The position numbers were made by a program, and so were the translations under genes. A DNA stretch of 63,879 nucleotides, counting the filler, from Thraustochytrium aureum (Eukaryota): NCBI GenBank assembly GCA_012862495.1. It is 6 parts of 4 records of this genome, joined end to end, with 100 filler letters (N's around TTAATTAATTAA, not from the genome) between each part and the next. Parts side by side here need not be neighbours in the genome. Positions count along the whole stretch, not along the records: positions 1 to 28,370 come from BLSG01000062.1; 5 more parts are not named here. One strand, given 5' to 3'. How positions within the stretch are numbered: position 1 is the first letter of the stretch; each line of letters starts with the position of its first letter. The notes beneath the pieces are model-generated. The model was not told the DNA's origin. It was given only the letters and a program-made list of their open reading frames with translations, and did no database searches. Shown here piece after piece: positions 10,254-21,244 of the stretch.

Positions 10254-11472
10254 CTAAATTTTCTCGTCGATGTTGAACGAGGCAGCCTTGGACTTTTTCC
10301 GCGACATCTTCTTTCCTTGCTCGCCTTGTTGCAGCTGCTGTTGCTGCTGCTGCTGCTGCTGCACCTTGGGGCCTGCGGTCGCGCGACACCCGGCTCGGGG
10401 GCGCGGAGGGCATCGGGGGTGGGTTCTTGGGCTCGTCGCGCTTCGGAGGCACCGGCGGGCCCAGCCCAGGCGGTGCCTTGACTTGCGAGGAAGAGCGCCG
10501 GTTCGCGCCTTGGTCCTTGTCCTTGGAGCCGCGGCGGCCAAAGCTAAAGGTCTTGCTCAGGCTGAAGGCCTTCTTGGAGCTCCGGCGCTTGCCGTCCTTG
10601 TCACCGCCCATGCCGGGCGGCGGCGGAACGATGCCCTTGGGCTTGTGTTTGGTGTTGTTCTTGATCTGCTCCTTTGGCGGGAGGTAGAGAGCGCGTTCGC
10701 TTCGGATAAGCACCACCAGCACGCCGATCGCGGCGGACATGTCCATGAGGGCTTGCTCGGGCGGCACGTCGTCGGGGGCGCGGAGGAGCGACGGCGCAAA
10801 GCAGGTTGCGAGGTTGACTGCCGTCATCTTGTTGTACTTTTCAAACTGGGCCACCTCGCGCAGGAACTGGATCAGCATGCTCAGGCACTCCTTGTTGGGG
10901 CTCTGCACCTTGCCCAGTGCAGAGAACACGGCGTTCTCGAGCTCTTGCTTGGACGAGTGCGTCGTGCGGCACGCGTTCAGCAGCACGTCGTAGCTGCTCT
11001 TGGGCACGACTGGCTCGGGTAGCCACCGGAAGAACGACTTGAGAAGCGTGGCCACGTCGTGGACCTCGCATGGGATGCTGTTGAGCACGTCGGCCTCCTT
11101 CTCCTCGCAGTACTTGTGTTTGAGCGCGTCCACAATGTCTTGTTGTCCCGGGATGCGAAACACACCCTCCGTGTACATGCCCTGCGCGCGCAAAAAGGCG
11201 ATGCAATCGCAGACAACGACTGGGGTCTCCGTGTTGAGCAAGACGCCGAACACGCCTTTCACCTTTTGCAATGCCTTGAGGCGCTTGGACTCTTGCAGTT
11301 CGGCGTTGAACGCGTCGGGTCCCGCCTTGAGGATCGCGCGCAGGCTCAGGTGCTTCATCGCCTCGTTCCCGGCATCGGGGTCGGGCGTGCCCTTGGGCTT
11401 GCCGCACAGATTGCACGAATGGATATTGTCATCGGCGTTGATCAGCGTGCAAACCTCGCACTTCCACGGCAT
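10254..11472 (-). CDS. RhoGAP with N-terminal RanBP2-type zinc finger
   Basis: WKCEVCTLIN...CNLCGKPK; RhoGAP motifs EGVFRIPG, VHDVATLLKSFFRWLPEP, NKMTAVNLATCFAPSLL; Pro-rich/polyQ tail with a probable frameshift at about 10400. Confidence 0.88.
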
Positions 11473-11836
11473 CCTTGCCGCCGCCTCTGCTCCTTGCAGG
11501 CCTTGCCGCCCGCGGGGTCGCCTGGTACCTCCCTCGCTCCGCGTCACCGGCCACGCCGACCGTGATCCCCTAGCTCCTCCTCCCCTTCCTGCCGCCCGCC
11601 CTCCCCCGCCGCGACAGGCAGGCCGGCAGGCAGGCACGCGGCGTCCTTTCAGACAGACGCTTGCGCCCGCCTCCGCGGGTGCAATTCACCTGACCTCCAA
11701 CTCCTCCTCCTCCTCCGCCGCCGGTCGACCGAGCGAGCGAGCGAGCGAGCCTGTCGACCTGTCGAACGCCCTCGACCAAACGCGCCGCGCCCTCGGCCGC
11801 TCACGCGCGCGCCTGCGTGCTCGCCGGTGGTCCAGG

Positions 11837-12240
11837 AGCTGCTCCTGCCGCTGCTCCTGCTCCTGCCGCTGCTCCTGCTCCTGCCGCTCCTGCTCCTGCC
11901 GCTGCTGCTGCCGCTGCCGCTGCTGCTGGGATGTCTGCTCAGGCCGCTGGGCGTGAGCGCGAGAATGAGTGAGTGGGCGGCTGAGTGGATGGAGAGGCGA
12001 GTGAGTGAGTGAGTGAGTGAGTGGGTGAGTGGATGGATCAGTGAGTGCGTGCGTGCGTGAGAGAGTGAGCGGCTGGGTGAGCGGCTGGGTGAGTGGGTGA
12101 GTGAGTGAGTGAGCAGCGTGTGTGCGTGTGTGCGTGTGTATGCTTGCCCTCCTGCCGTCCTGCTTGCCTTGCTTGCCTCGTGCCTGCCTTCCTGCTTGCC
12201 GTGCCTGCTTGCGTTGCTTGCTTGCCTGGCTTGCCTGGGC
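11837..12240. repeat. Compound low-complexity block: (CTGCTC/CTGCCG)n, (GAGT)n, (GT)n, (GCTT/GCCT)n
   Basis: Direct reading of the simple repeats. Confidence 0.85.
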
Positions 12241-12570
12241 GGAGACGCCGGCGAGCGTGGCCGCTATCGCAGCGGAGGCAGCTGTCGCAGCGGAGGCCGC
12301 TTGTGCGCCCGCGCCGCTCTTGGCGGCTTTGCTGGCGAGCGCCTTCAAGCAAGCCGCCTTGCTTCAAGTTGCGGAGTGATATGAGTCAGCTTGGCTGGGG
12401 TGGCTTGCTTGACAAGGTCGACTGACTGTGCCTGCCTTGAAGGCGCGCTCGGCCGGAAGGTGGCGCTCCGGCCGGGGGCCAACAAGCAACAACGCAGAGT
12501 CTGCCTGTCTGCGATGGACGTGGATCCTGCAGCGCCTGCCCACGGCTTCCGCCACCTGCTCGGAAAAAGC

Positions 12571-12626
12571 GCCACGGCTTCCGCGTCAGCCACGGCTTCC
12601 GCGTCAACCACGGCTTCCGCGTCAAC
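12571..12626. repeat. 18-bp tandem repeat x3
   Basis: (g/a)ccacggcttccgcgtca repeated; one further partial copy at about 12540. Confidence 0.85.
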
Positions 12627-14109
12627 CAGACCAGCGAGCGGTCGGTGCACTGGCAGATACATCGATCGTTTCTGCTGGCCGTGTGCTGTGAGGCCATCAT
12701 AGATTGATGCATGGACCGCCTGCCTGCCTACTAGCACTGTACCTGCTTGCTGTGAACACCTTGTGTGCATTCCTCCTGCCCTTACAGCGTCGCCAAAGTT
12801 GAACCATGATGGAGAACAGCAAAAAACTTGCGCAAAAGCGATTGACTTGGTGGCCCTCTCACGCTGTCTTTCGCGCCTCTGTCCACGACAGCGCAATTTC
12901 AAAAACGAATTCTTTTTTTGATTGATCGAACAACTTTAGGAAAAAACAAAAAACTCTGGGAACAAGGCGCCAGAGGGGGCCGCAAACAAGACCCCGCGTC
13001 GAGGCGGTTGAGCCCCCATTCCCGCGCCTGTATCTGGTATCTCAGGCCTCCTTCAAGGAATAGNNNNNNNNNNNNNNNNNNNNNNNNNNNNNNNNNNNNN
13101 NNNNNNNNNNNNNNNNNNNNNNNNNNNNNNNNNNNNNNNNNNNNNNNNNNNNNNNNNNNNNNNNNNNNNNNNNNNNNNNNNNNNNNNNNNNNNNNNNNNN
13201 NNNNNNNNNNNNNNNNNNNNNNNNNNNNNNNNNNNNNNNNNNNNNNNNNNNNNNNNNNNNNNNNNNNNNNNNNNNNNNNNNNNNNNNNNNNNNNNNNNNN
13301 NNNNNNNNNNNNNNNNNNNNNNNNNNNNNNNNNNNNNNNNNNNNNNNNNNNNNNNNNNNNNNNNNNNNNNNNNNNNNNNNNNNNNNNNNNNNNNNNNNNN
13401 NNNNNNNNNNNNNNNNNNNNNNNNNNNNNNNNNNNNNNNNNNNNNNNNNNNNNNNNNNNNNNNNNNNNNNNNNNNNNNNNNNNNNNNNNNNNNNNNNNNN
13501 NNNNNNNNNNNNNNNNNNNNNNNNNNNNNNNNNNNNNNNNNNNNNNNNNNNNNNNNNNNNNNNNNNNNNNNNNNNNNNNNNNNNNNNNNNNNNNNNNNNN
13601 NNNNNNNNNNNNNNNNNNNNNNNNNNNNNNNNNNATGTCACTTGGCCGGGAATGAAAGCATGCCAATGGCTTCATTTCCAGGGTCCTTGAAACGGGTACC
13701 GGTACTGGCGCTGTTGTTTCTGTTGGCTGGGAGGCGTTGCCATGTTCAGATCAGGTCGCTTCGTCACGCAGGCGTTGGCCCGCGCGGCCACCCGCGACAT
13801 TAGTAACTAACCTTCGGCCACCGCACCCTTCACAGCCTTGCTTCGCATGCACGCGCTGTTGGGAAATCAAGCCAGCGAGTCGCCCATGGCCGCGCGGGCC
13901 GGTGTGAAAGTGGACCGTGGCAAGAGCGAGCCAAACTGCGTGGCAGATGGAGGTGGCCCTTGCATAGACTGCATGCCCGGCCTGTGCGGCGCGGCCAGCT
14001 GCCGCCCTGCAGCAAACACCAAACACCGAACAACAAACAAGCAAACAGCGAGCACACAGCGAGCACACCGCGAGCACACCGCGAGTAGCACTGCACCCAG
14101 GAGCTGACG

Positions 14110-15160
14110 ATGAGGTTCCTCACCTTTGCGCACTGACGGCCGGGCCATCCACGTAGCCCAAGGCGCAGACCTCCACGAGGCTGGCCACGAAGACATCCAG
14201 GACACGAGCGAAGCTGTCCCGCGAATGCTCCGCGCGCCCAAACCTGCCATGTGTGGCAAGCCGCAACAGCCGTGCCGAAAACGGGGCGGCAAGTGCATGT
14301 CCTTCGAGGATTGCAAGACTGCGTTTGGGCTCCGCGCGAGATTCACCCGCGCCAAGGGGTTTTGCGCAGTCAAACCCAGCTTCACGGGCGAGTGCGGCTG
14401 CTGCATTCAAGCCCCAGAGATCTCCAGCTCGGGCACTGCAACAGGCGACGACGTGCCCCTCGTGCTCGCAGCCGTCGGCATGGCGCGCGCCGCGGGCAGC
14501 AGCAAGGAGCAAGAGAGCGGCACCGCGATGCCGCAAACGTGGGCCAGCATCCAACTAACCGGCGAAGCGCTGCGCGGCCTGGCCCTCCACTTTCAGGACT
14601 CAGCTGGCGTGCTCTGGTCCTTCAACGGGTATGCGCAGAGCGCGGCCAAACTGGACTGCAGCTCGTCGACCTGCGTTGCTGAGGTGCGCGGCAATGCTCA
14701 CAGCCAGCTCGTGGACGAGAAAATGCCGCAATCGCGCGTCCAAGACCCCGCCAAGACGCGCCGCGCCCTCATCAACACCGACCCGATCTTGGTCTCCAAC
14801 GACGCCGTCTTCGTGAGCCAGCTCGTGCCCGCTCTCGTCAAGCTCGAGTTCGCCAACACCTTCGAGGACAGCCGCCTCAAGGCGCTCCTCGCCTCGCGAG
14901 ACGGGGCGCAGGTCGTGGAACAGATCGGCGCGGTGCGGGCGCGTGTCGAGCTGCGCCCAACCGACGAGCAGGCCAAGGCCGGCATCAAGGGCTCTGCCAC
15001 GGACATGGCCCTCGAAGTGAACTTGCAGTGGCGCCTCACGCCCGAGCTCAAGATCGACGACATCGTGTTTGAGCCCATCCCGTTTTTCGAACCGAAGAAG
15101 AGCCTGTGCTTGCAGCCTGTGCGCACGCGCTACCGCACGTGCAACTTTAGCTTCTTCGGC
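14110..15160 (+). CDS. Probable secreted protein with an N-terminal Cys-rich (defensin-like) module; continues into a gap
   Basis: Long GC3-rich ORF; CRKRGGKCMSFEDC...GFC...CGCC; ATG 14110 (MRFLTFA) is out of frame, suggesting a frameshifted signal peptide. Confidence 0.6.
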
Positions 15161-16068
15161 NNNNNNNNNNNNNNNNNNNNNNNNNNNNNNNNNNNNNNNN
15201 NNNNNNNNNNNNNNNNNNNNNNNNNNNNNNNNNNNNNNNNNNNNNNNNNNNNNNNNNNNNNNNNNNNNNNNNNNNNNNNNNNNNNNNNNNNNNNNNNNNN
15301 NNNNNNNNNNNNNNNNNNNNNNNNNNNNNNNNNNNNNNNNNNNNNNNNNNNNNNNNNNNNNNNNNNNNNNNNNNNNNNNNNNNNNNNNNNNNNNNNNNNN
15401 NNNNNNNNNNNNNNNNNNNNNNNNNNNNNNNNNNNNNNNNNNNNNNNNNNNNNNNNNNNNNNNNNNNNNNNNNNNNNNNNNNNNNNNNNNNNNNNNNNNN
15501 NNNNNNNNNNNNNNNNNNNNNNNNNNNNNNNNNNNNNNNNNNNNNNNNNNNNNNNNNNNNNNNNNNNNNNNNNNNNNNNNNNNNNNNNNNNNNNNNNNNN
15601 NNNNNNNNNNNNNNNNNNNNNNNNNNNNNNNNNNNNNNNNNNNNNNNNNNNNNNNNNNNNNNNNNNNNNNNNNNNNNNNNNNNNNNNNNNNNNNNNNNNN
15701 NNNNNNNNNNNNNNNNNNNNNNNNNGGCCGACTCGTGGCCGTTCAACGCGTCAGCAAAACAAAACGGTGTGCGAGGTCCAAAACGCGGTGCAAGTCTGCG
15801 AGTTTGGTTTGGCAGACCGTCAACGCGCTGCGGCCCTGAGACGGGACGAGGGGCAGAGGGCGGCCGGTCGGGCTCGAACACAGGAGCCAGTCGGGCTTGA
15901 TCGAGCTCAGCTCGGCGCGAGACGGGCGAGGGGAAGAGCGCGACCGGCCAGCCCGCCAGCCGGGCTTGAGCCTCAAAGGGGCTCGATCGCGGGCAATCGC
16001 AGTGTCGCCGAGCGACCTCTCCAACGAGCTACCTGAGCCGCGGCGCAAGGCAAGCTCGGCACGACAAG

Positions 16069-17124
16069 ATGGATGGCGAGAGCAGCTCGTGCTTGCTGAG
16101 GCGCTGGAGACAGGTTCTGGTCGCGCTCGTGCTGGTTGGCGTGGTCACGTGGGCTGTCACCGACGCGGTCACCAAGCCGTGCATGGCGAAAGAGAGCGAA
16201 GGCGACCGCGTGCAAAGGCTCTATTGCGCCGACTCTATCAAAGTCGACCAAGACAACAAGGTCAAGCCAGGGCAGCCCTTCGAGTGCGGGGTGAACGGTT
16301 CCACGGTGGACGCTGCGGATGGGTGGTATTCTGACGCAATGTCGCCGCCAACGTGCGTCCGGGCCTCCTCCTGCCTCTCGGTTGGGTTCGATGCCATCCT
16401 CGAGTGGATCTCCGACAACCCGGGCACCGGGTGGGTCGCGACCGTGGTTATCTACGCCCTGCTGACGGCGTTGCTGATCCCGGGCAGCATTCTCACGATT
16501 GGGTCTGGCGTGGCGTTCGGGACGGCACTCGGCCTTGGCCTTGGCACTCTGGTGGGCGGCACAGCGGTGCTCGTGGGCGCCACGACAGGCGCCATGCTTG
16601 CGTTCCTCATCGGTCGATTTCTTCTGCGCGAGCATGTCGAGCGCTGGGCGTCGCAGTTTCCGATCATCAAGGCACTCGACAAGGCCCTGCACGTCAAGGG
16701 GTTTCAGCTGGTGGTCTTGCTTCGGCTCACGCCGGTGGTGCCCTTCAACGTGTTCAACTTTATCATGGGCAGCACGCATTGCTCGTTGAAGGACTATTTT
16801 TGGGGCACTGTCGTTGGCGTGCCTCCGGGCACCTTTGCCTTCGTGTTCATCGGCGCGCTTGTGGGGAGTGCCGCCTTTGAGGCCCCGACAACACTCGACG
16901 GCCAGACAGTTTTTCCGGAGATCTGCGTGGAGGACCCCAAAGAAGCGACCATCCGGCTTGTGCTGATTATCGCCGGCGGGATCGCGACGGTGCTTGCTGT
17001 TGTGCTCATCACTGTCTACGCGCGGCGCCAGTTCGCCAAGATCAAGCTCGAGCTGGCCATTAGCGACGGCGACGACGCAGCGGCCGAGGAGAGCGCGGCA
17101 GGCCCCCCACCTGGGGCTGCATAG
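16069..17124 (+). CDS. TVP38/TMEM64 (VTT/DedA superfamily) membrane protein, copy A
   Basis: LLIPGSILTIGSGVAFG, GAMLAFLIGRFLLR, LLRLTPVVPFNVFNF, PGTFAFVFIG. Confidence 0.92.
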   Translation: MDGESSSCLLRRWRQVLVALVLVGVVTWAVTDAVTKPCMAKESEGDRVQRLYCADSIKVDQDNKVKPGQPFECGVNGSTVDAADGWYSDAMSPPTCVRASSCLSVGFDAILEWISDNPGTGWVATVVIYALLTALLIPGSILTIGSGVAFGTALGLGLGTLVGGTAVLVGATTGAMLAFLIGRFLLREHVERWASQFPIIKALDKALHVKGFQLVVLLRLTPVVPFNVFNFIMGSTHCSLKDYFWGTVVGVPPGTFAFVFIGALVGSAAFEAPTTLDGQTVFPEICVEDPKEATIRLVLIIAGGIATVLAVVLITVYARRQFAKIKLELAISDGDDAAAEESAAGPPPGAA

Positions 17125-17713
17125 CCCGCCTCGTTTAGTAAACTCAGCTAAAGACCTGGACCTGTGCAACCCACGAGCAGTAACGCTTCGCCCAGCATCG
17201 CTGCCGACCGCGTTGCACGTTGTGGCCCGGAGACGGCCCAACGCGGAGCGCGCGGCCCAACGCGCCGCAGCCGTCAGCTCGCTCGTTCTCGGCGCTTATC
17301 CACAGCTCATCCACCCCGGAGACATGAAAAACCCTCGAGGCCACGCCGCCTTCGCACGAAGAGCCTCGCGGCGTGAAGCAGCAGCAACTCGGCCAGGCGC
17401 CCAGCGCGTCCAGGCGCCTGCGCCGCAGCGGTGAAAATCGACCACCAAAGCCGACAGAGTGGTGGTCCCAGCACAAGTCAGTTTCTACGACGCGCGCTCG
17501 CAGCAGGCAAGCAAAGCCCTTCGCAGCCGCGCACTTCGCACGCAGCGGGCAGGCAGGCAGGCGGGCAGGCAGGCAGGCAGGCCTTCAGGCAGGAGAGCGC
17601 GGCGTGCGGGCAGCGAGAGAGACGCCTGCGGCAGGGCGGCAAGAGTCTGCGCATCAGGGAGCGGCGCTCGGTTTTTGGTGGTCGGCGGCCTCGACGCGCA
17701 CGGCGGCTCCAGG

Positions 17714-18028
17714 ATGTCGGCGTTTGGGCTCGGTGGCGGCGGGTATGGAGGGTACCGGGAGGATCCGCAGATGAAGGCGGCCAAGATGGAGATCGAGCTG
17801 GTGCAGGACATGTTCTCGCGCATGTCAGAGACCTGCTTCGCCAAGTGCGTCAGCACCAAGTACAAGGAGCGCGACCTCAACCTCGGCGAGATGACCTGCA
17901 CGGACAGGTGCGCCTCAAAGTTTATGCAGGCGCAGAAGAAGATTGAGGCAGCATTCACGCAGTTTAACGAGGCCGAGCAGGCGCGCATGCAGGCGCAGCA
18001 GCCTGGCGCGGGCATGGGTGGTCAGTAA
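17714..18028 (+). CDS. TIM10: Mitochondrial small Tim chaperone Tim10
   Basis: Twin CX3C: DMFSRMSETCFAKC...DLNLGEMTCTDRCASKF. Confidence 0.9.
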   Translation: MSAFGLGGGGYGGYREDPQMKAAKMEIELVQDMFSRMSETCFAKCVSTKYKERDLNLGEMTCTDRCASKFMQAQKKIEAAFTQFNEAEQARMQAQQPGAGMGGQ

Positions 18029-18219
18029 ACGAACGAGCGTCCGCGTTGGGCATTCGTGTTCTATGAACGACCGAGCGTCCGCGGTGGGCGCTGGCCCAGC
18101 AAGCGCGGGCGGCGTGCGCTCGCGGTGTTGGGATCGCAAGTGTGGTGCGAGCGAGGCCCTCTATTTCGTTTGAGGGACCTGGGTCGATGTAGAGTTGTTG
18201 TAACCCTTTCGATGCTAGA

Positions 18220-18335
18220 AAACTCGTTCGTTGCTACGAAACTCGTTCGTTGCAAGGAAATTCGTTCGCTGCAAGCAAACTCGTTCGTTGCAAGCAAACT
18301 CGTTCGCTGCAAGCAAACTCGTTCGTTGCAAGGAA
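18220..18335. repeat. 19-bp minisatellite x6
   Basis: aaactcgttcg(t/c)tgcaagc repeated head-to-tail without spacers. Confidence 0.92.
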
Positions 18336-18532
18336 CCGCGGGCTGCTTGCCCCGAGGGACGGGCCAGGACGAGACGTAGAAATCGAACAGAAATCCAATT
18401 CCCCCCACACGATACAGCACCTGGCAAGACTGTCCTCAGGTCGACTCTGCCCGCCGGAAATGCGGCACCCCCGCCTTCCCCCGAATGAAACACGAAACAC
18501 AAAACTGCTTGGCGCACCAGCTAAAATATCTC

Positions 18533-20252
18533 TCAGAGACAGTCAAAAGCGTTGGCAAACCGCAGCTTCTTGGGGACCTCCTTGTCGAACGCCATAGTCT
18601 CACTAAAGAGTTTGTCAAACTCGGTCTTCCAGTGGCGCGCCACGTCGGCGGCGTCGCCGAGCGATCGATCCATGCAAATGCAGGCCGACACCTGACCGTT
18701 GTACGAAAGCAGCCCCGTGTAGAGACCGGCGCCGCCATAGAGGGCGAAGCTCAGGTCCTCGACCTTGTGGCCAGCGATGTGAACAGCACTCTGCGGGCCG
18801 GCCACGTTGGAGAGCATCGCGGTGCTCTGCGCCCCAATCTTTTGGAACAGGTCGACGGCAGCCTTCTTCTTCAAGACTTTTACCAGAAAGTTGGCCAGGC
18901 TCTGCTGCACAAAGGGGCGCGGCGAGAGCTTGACGCGGTCGAGCGTGCGCTTCACGCGCCACACGAGGTCGGTGCGCGACTTGTAGGTAAAGTCAAAACT
19001 TGAGGTCGCCCAACGCGATGTTGTTGTGGGGCGAGCCGTCTCGAAACTGGTCTTTGCCCGGCTTGCGCGCGTTGATTGGGAAGGACGACCTCACTTTGCC
19101 CTTGCCTGCCAATACGCGTTTGGCGCCAGCGACTTGCTCGGGCGTTCCAGTCTCGGCCAGCTCTTCGAGGTACCCGCGCAAGGTCATGGTGAGCAGCGCG
19201 ACAAGCACGTCGTTGAGCGTGGCACCGGGAAAGCGGTTCTTGACCGCCTTGATCTGCTCGAGCGGAATGTGCTCTGTAAACGCGGTGGTTTTGGTCACGC
19301 TCGGGGCGAGGACGTCGCGGCGCATGAGCGGCGAGGGCGAGTCGGGCGATCCGAACGCGCCGGAAATCGGGGCAAAGATCCCGCCGACAAAGATCTTGGC
19401 TTTGTTCAGCGGCCCGAAACCGTTCTTGGCCTTGCGGCGGCGCGCTGGCGGCCGGAGTGCGGCAGCGTCGGCGATCGCCGGCAGGTTTGGTGCACTGGCA
19501 GCGGCTGCGACCTCCTCCTGTGGCTTGCCATCTTTTCCGCCTTCCTTTCGCTTGCCTTGCTCGCCTCCATTCCCCTCCCCCTCCCTTTCCCCGTCCTCCT
19601 CCTGATCCTCCTGCTCCTCCTCCTCGTCGTCCTCGTCTCCTTCTTCTTCTTCTCCTTCTCCTTCTTCTTCTTCTTGGGCGACGAGCTCGTCGTCCAGCTT
19701 TTCTGGGTCTGCGACGTGAACGGTGGGATGGTTGCCCTTCACGGCTTGGTCGTCCGAGTCCATGAGGCGGTACAAGACCTCGACAATGGATATTCCGTCG
19801 CCGACGGCATGGTGCACGGTGACCATGATCATCGTGCGGCCCTCTACGTTGGTGAAATAAACAAACCGCCACAGCGGCTTTTCAAAGTCGAAGGGGAACG
19901 ACTTGTACACCTCCGAGATGTAGTTGGCGTAGATCTCGGTGGGCGACAATGGCTCGTCTACCTGCTTGAAGTGGTAGTCCATGTCGAGGTCCTCCACCGC
20001 GAGCTCGACGAAATACTCTTTGCCCCGCTTGAGAGTCAGCTTGGACCGGAACCTGGGCATGGTCAAGAGCTTTTCGAACGCGATTTTCTTGATCGCTTCC
20101 ATGCCGACTGCCTCCTTGAACCAGAGCATGCCGAACACCCAGGTGCCTTGGTTCTGGTCCACGCGCAGCACGTTCGCGTGCAGCCTGGAGATCACCGACA
20201 GCTTGCGAACCTTGCCGGGCTTGACGGCGGTCTCCTTGGCTTTCGGCGCCAT
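18533..20252 (-). CDS. Wax ester synthase/diacylglycerol acyltransferase (WS/DGAT)
   Basis: PFDFEKPLWRF, catalytic HHAVGDG, ATLNDVLVA, C-terminal LSNVAGP and LLSYNGQV; frameshift at about 18990. Confidence 0.9.
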
Positions 20253-21244
20253 CTTGGCCTCTTCCGCAACTGTCGTCGCGCCGGGGGCCGAGCCTGTCAA
20301 GGCGGCTGCCGAGTGCGCTCGCTCGCTCGCTCGCTCGATCGATCAATGATCGATCGCCGTACGGGGCTTGCGCGGTCTGCAACCACGGCTTTCTGGGTCT
20401 GTTGCGGCATGGGCCGACCGAGTTTCGGCCTGGTGCACCCACTCTTCCTTCGACCGCATCGAAGGACTGACAAAGATGTGGCTGCAGGCCAGCTCGTCCT
20501 GGTCGGGGCGATCGTTGGATCGATCAACCGCACTTGCGCGTGCTGGCAGGGAAACGACTCGGACTCGCCTGAGAACTCTGCATGTGCACCCACCTTTTCA
20601 AGGGCTGCACGGGTCATTACACCTCTTGCCCGTCCCAGCTCCTCGGCAACGAGCACGGGAGGTACCTACATGCTCAGGCTGAGTACTCTACTACCAAGCC
20701 AAGAGCCAAGCAAGCAGGCGGTGGCATCTCCGAAGGGTGGAAACGCGCGTGTCGTGGGCGCCTGGAGACGCTGTCAAACGAGTCGCTGGCTGCGCGGTTT
20801 TCGTCACGCCAAGTAGCACACTGTAGTCCACTGCAGTCGAAGAGTATGTTCGTTTTGGGTTAGGCTAGTCTAGGAGGTGGGTTAGGTTAGCATAAAGTCA
20901 ATTGACAACACCAAACGCATGTTTCTCCCGGGGAACAAAGCACAGCGCGCTAAAGAGAATAGTTCTCTGATCGTTACAAGGTGTGAGAGAGTAGTTCTCT
21001 GATCGCTGCAGAGCTGGAAAAAAGCAGGCTTCGCGAGCAGCACAGCAGCAGACGCGGCGCTCGTGGCAGCGCGAGTGCCGGAGCGCTTGCGGTCGGCCGT
21101 GCGCGCAGGCGCCCCTCCCTCCCTGCCCTCCCTCTCTCCACCTGCTGGCTGGCTGGCTGGCTGGCTGGCTGACTCGCTGGCTGGCTCGCTGGCTTGCTTG
21201 TTGCGCACGGTCGCAGCAGTGGTTGTTGCTCCCCGCGGCGCGCG

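Noticed and set aside
18220..18335. CRISPR-like appearance of the 19-, 37-, 15- and 34-bp repeats
   Set aside because: Units are head-to-tail with no unique spacers, there are no cas genes, and the context is eukaryotic.
19026..20816. Long antisense or alternate-frame ORFs (e.g. 19026-20816, 7675-9198, 8573-10117, 31325-32494, 15973-17241)
   Set aside because: Shadow ORFs caused by high GC3 codon bias on the real coding strand; no recognisable motifs.
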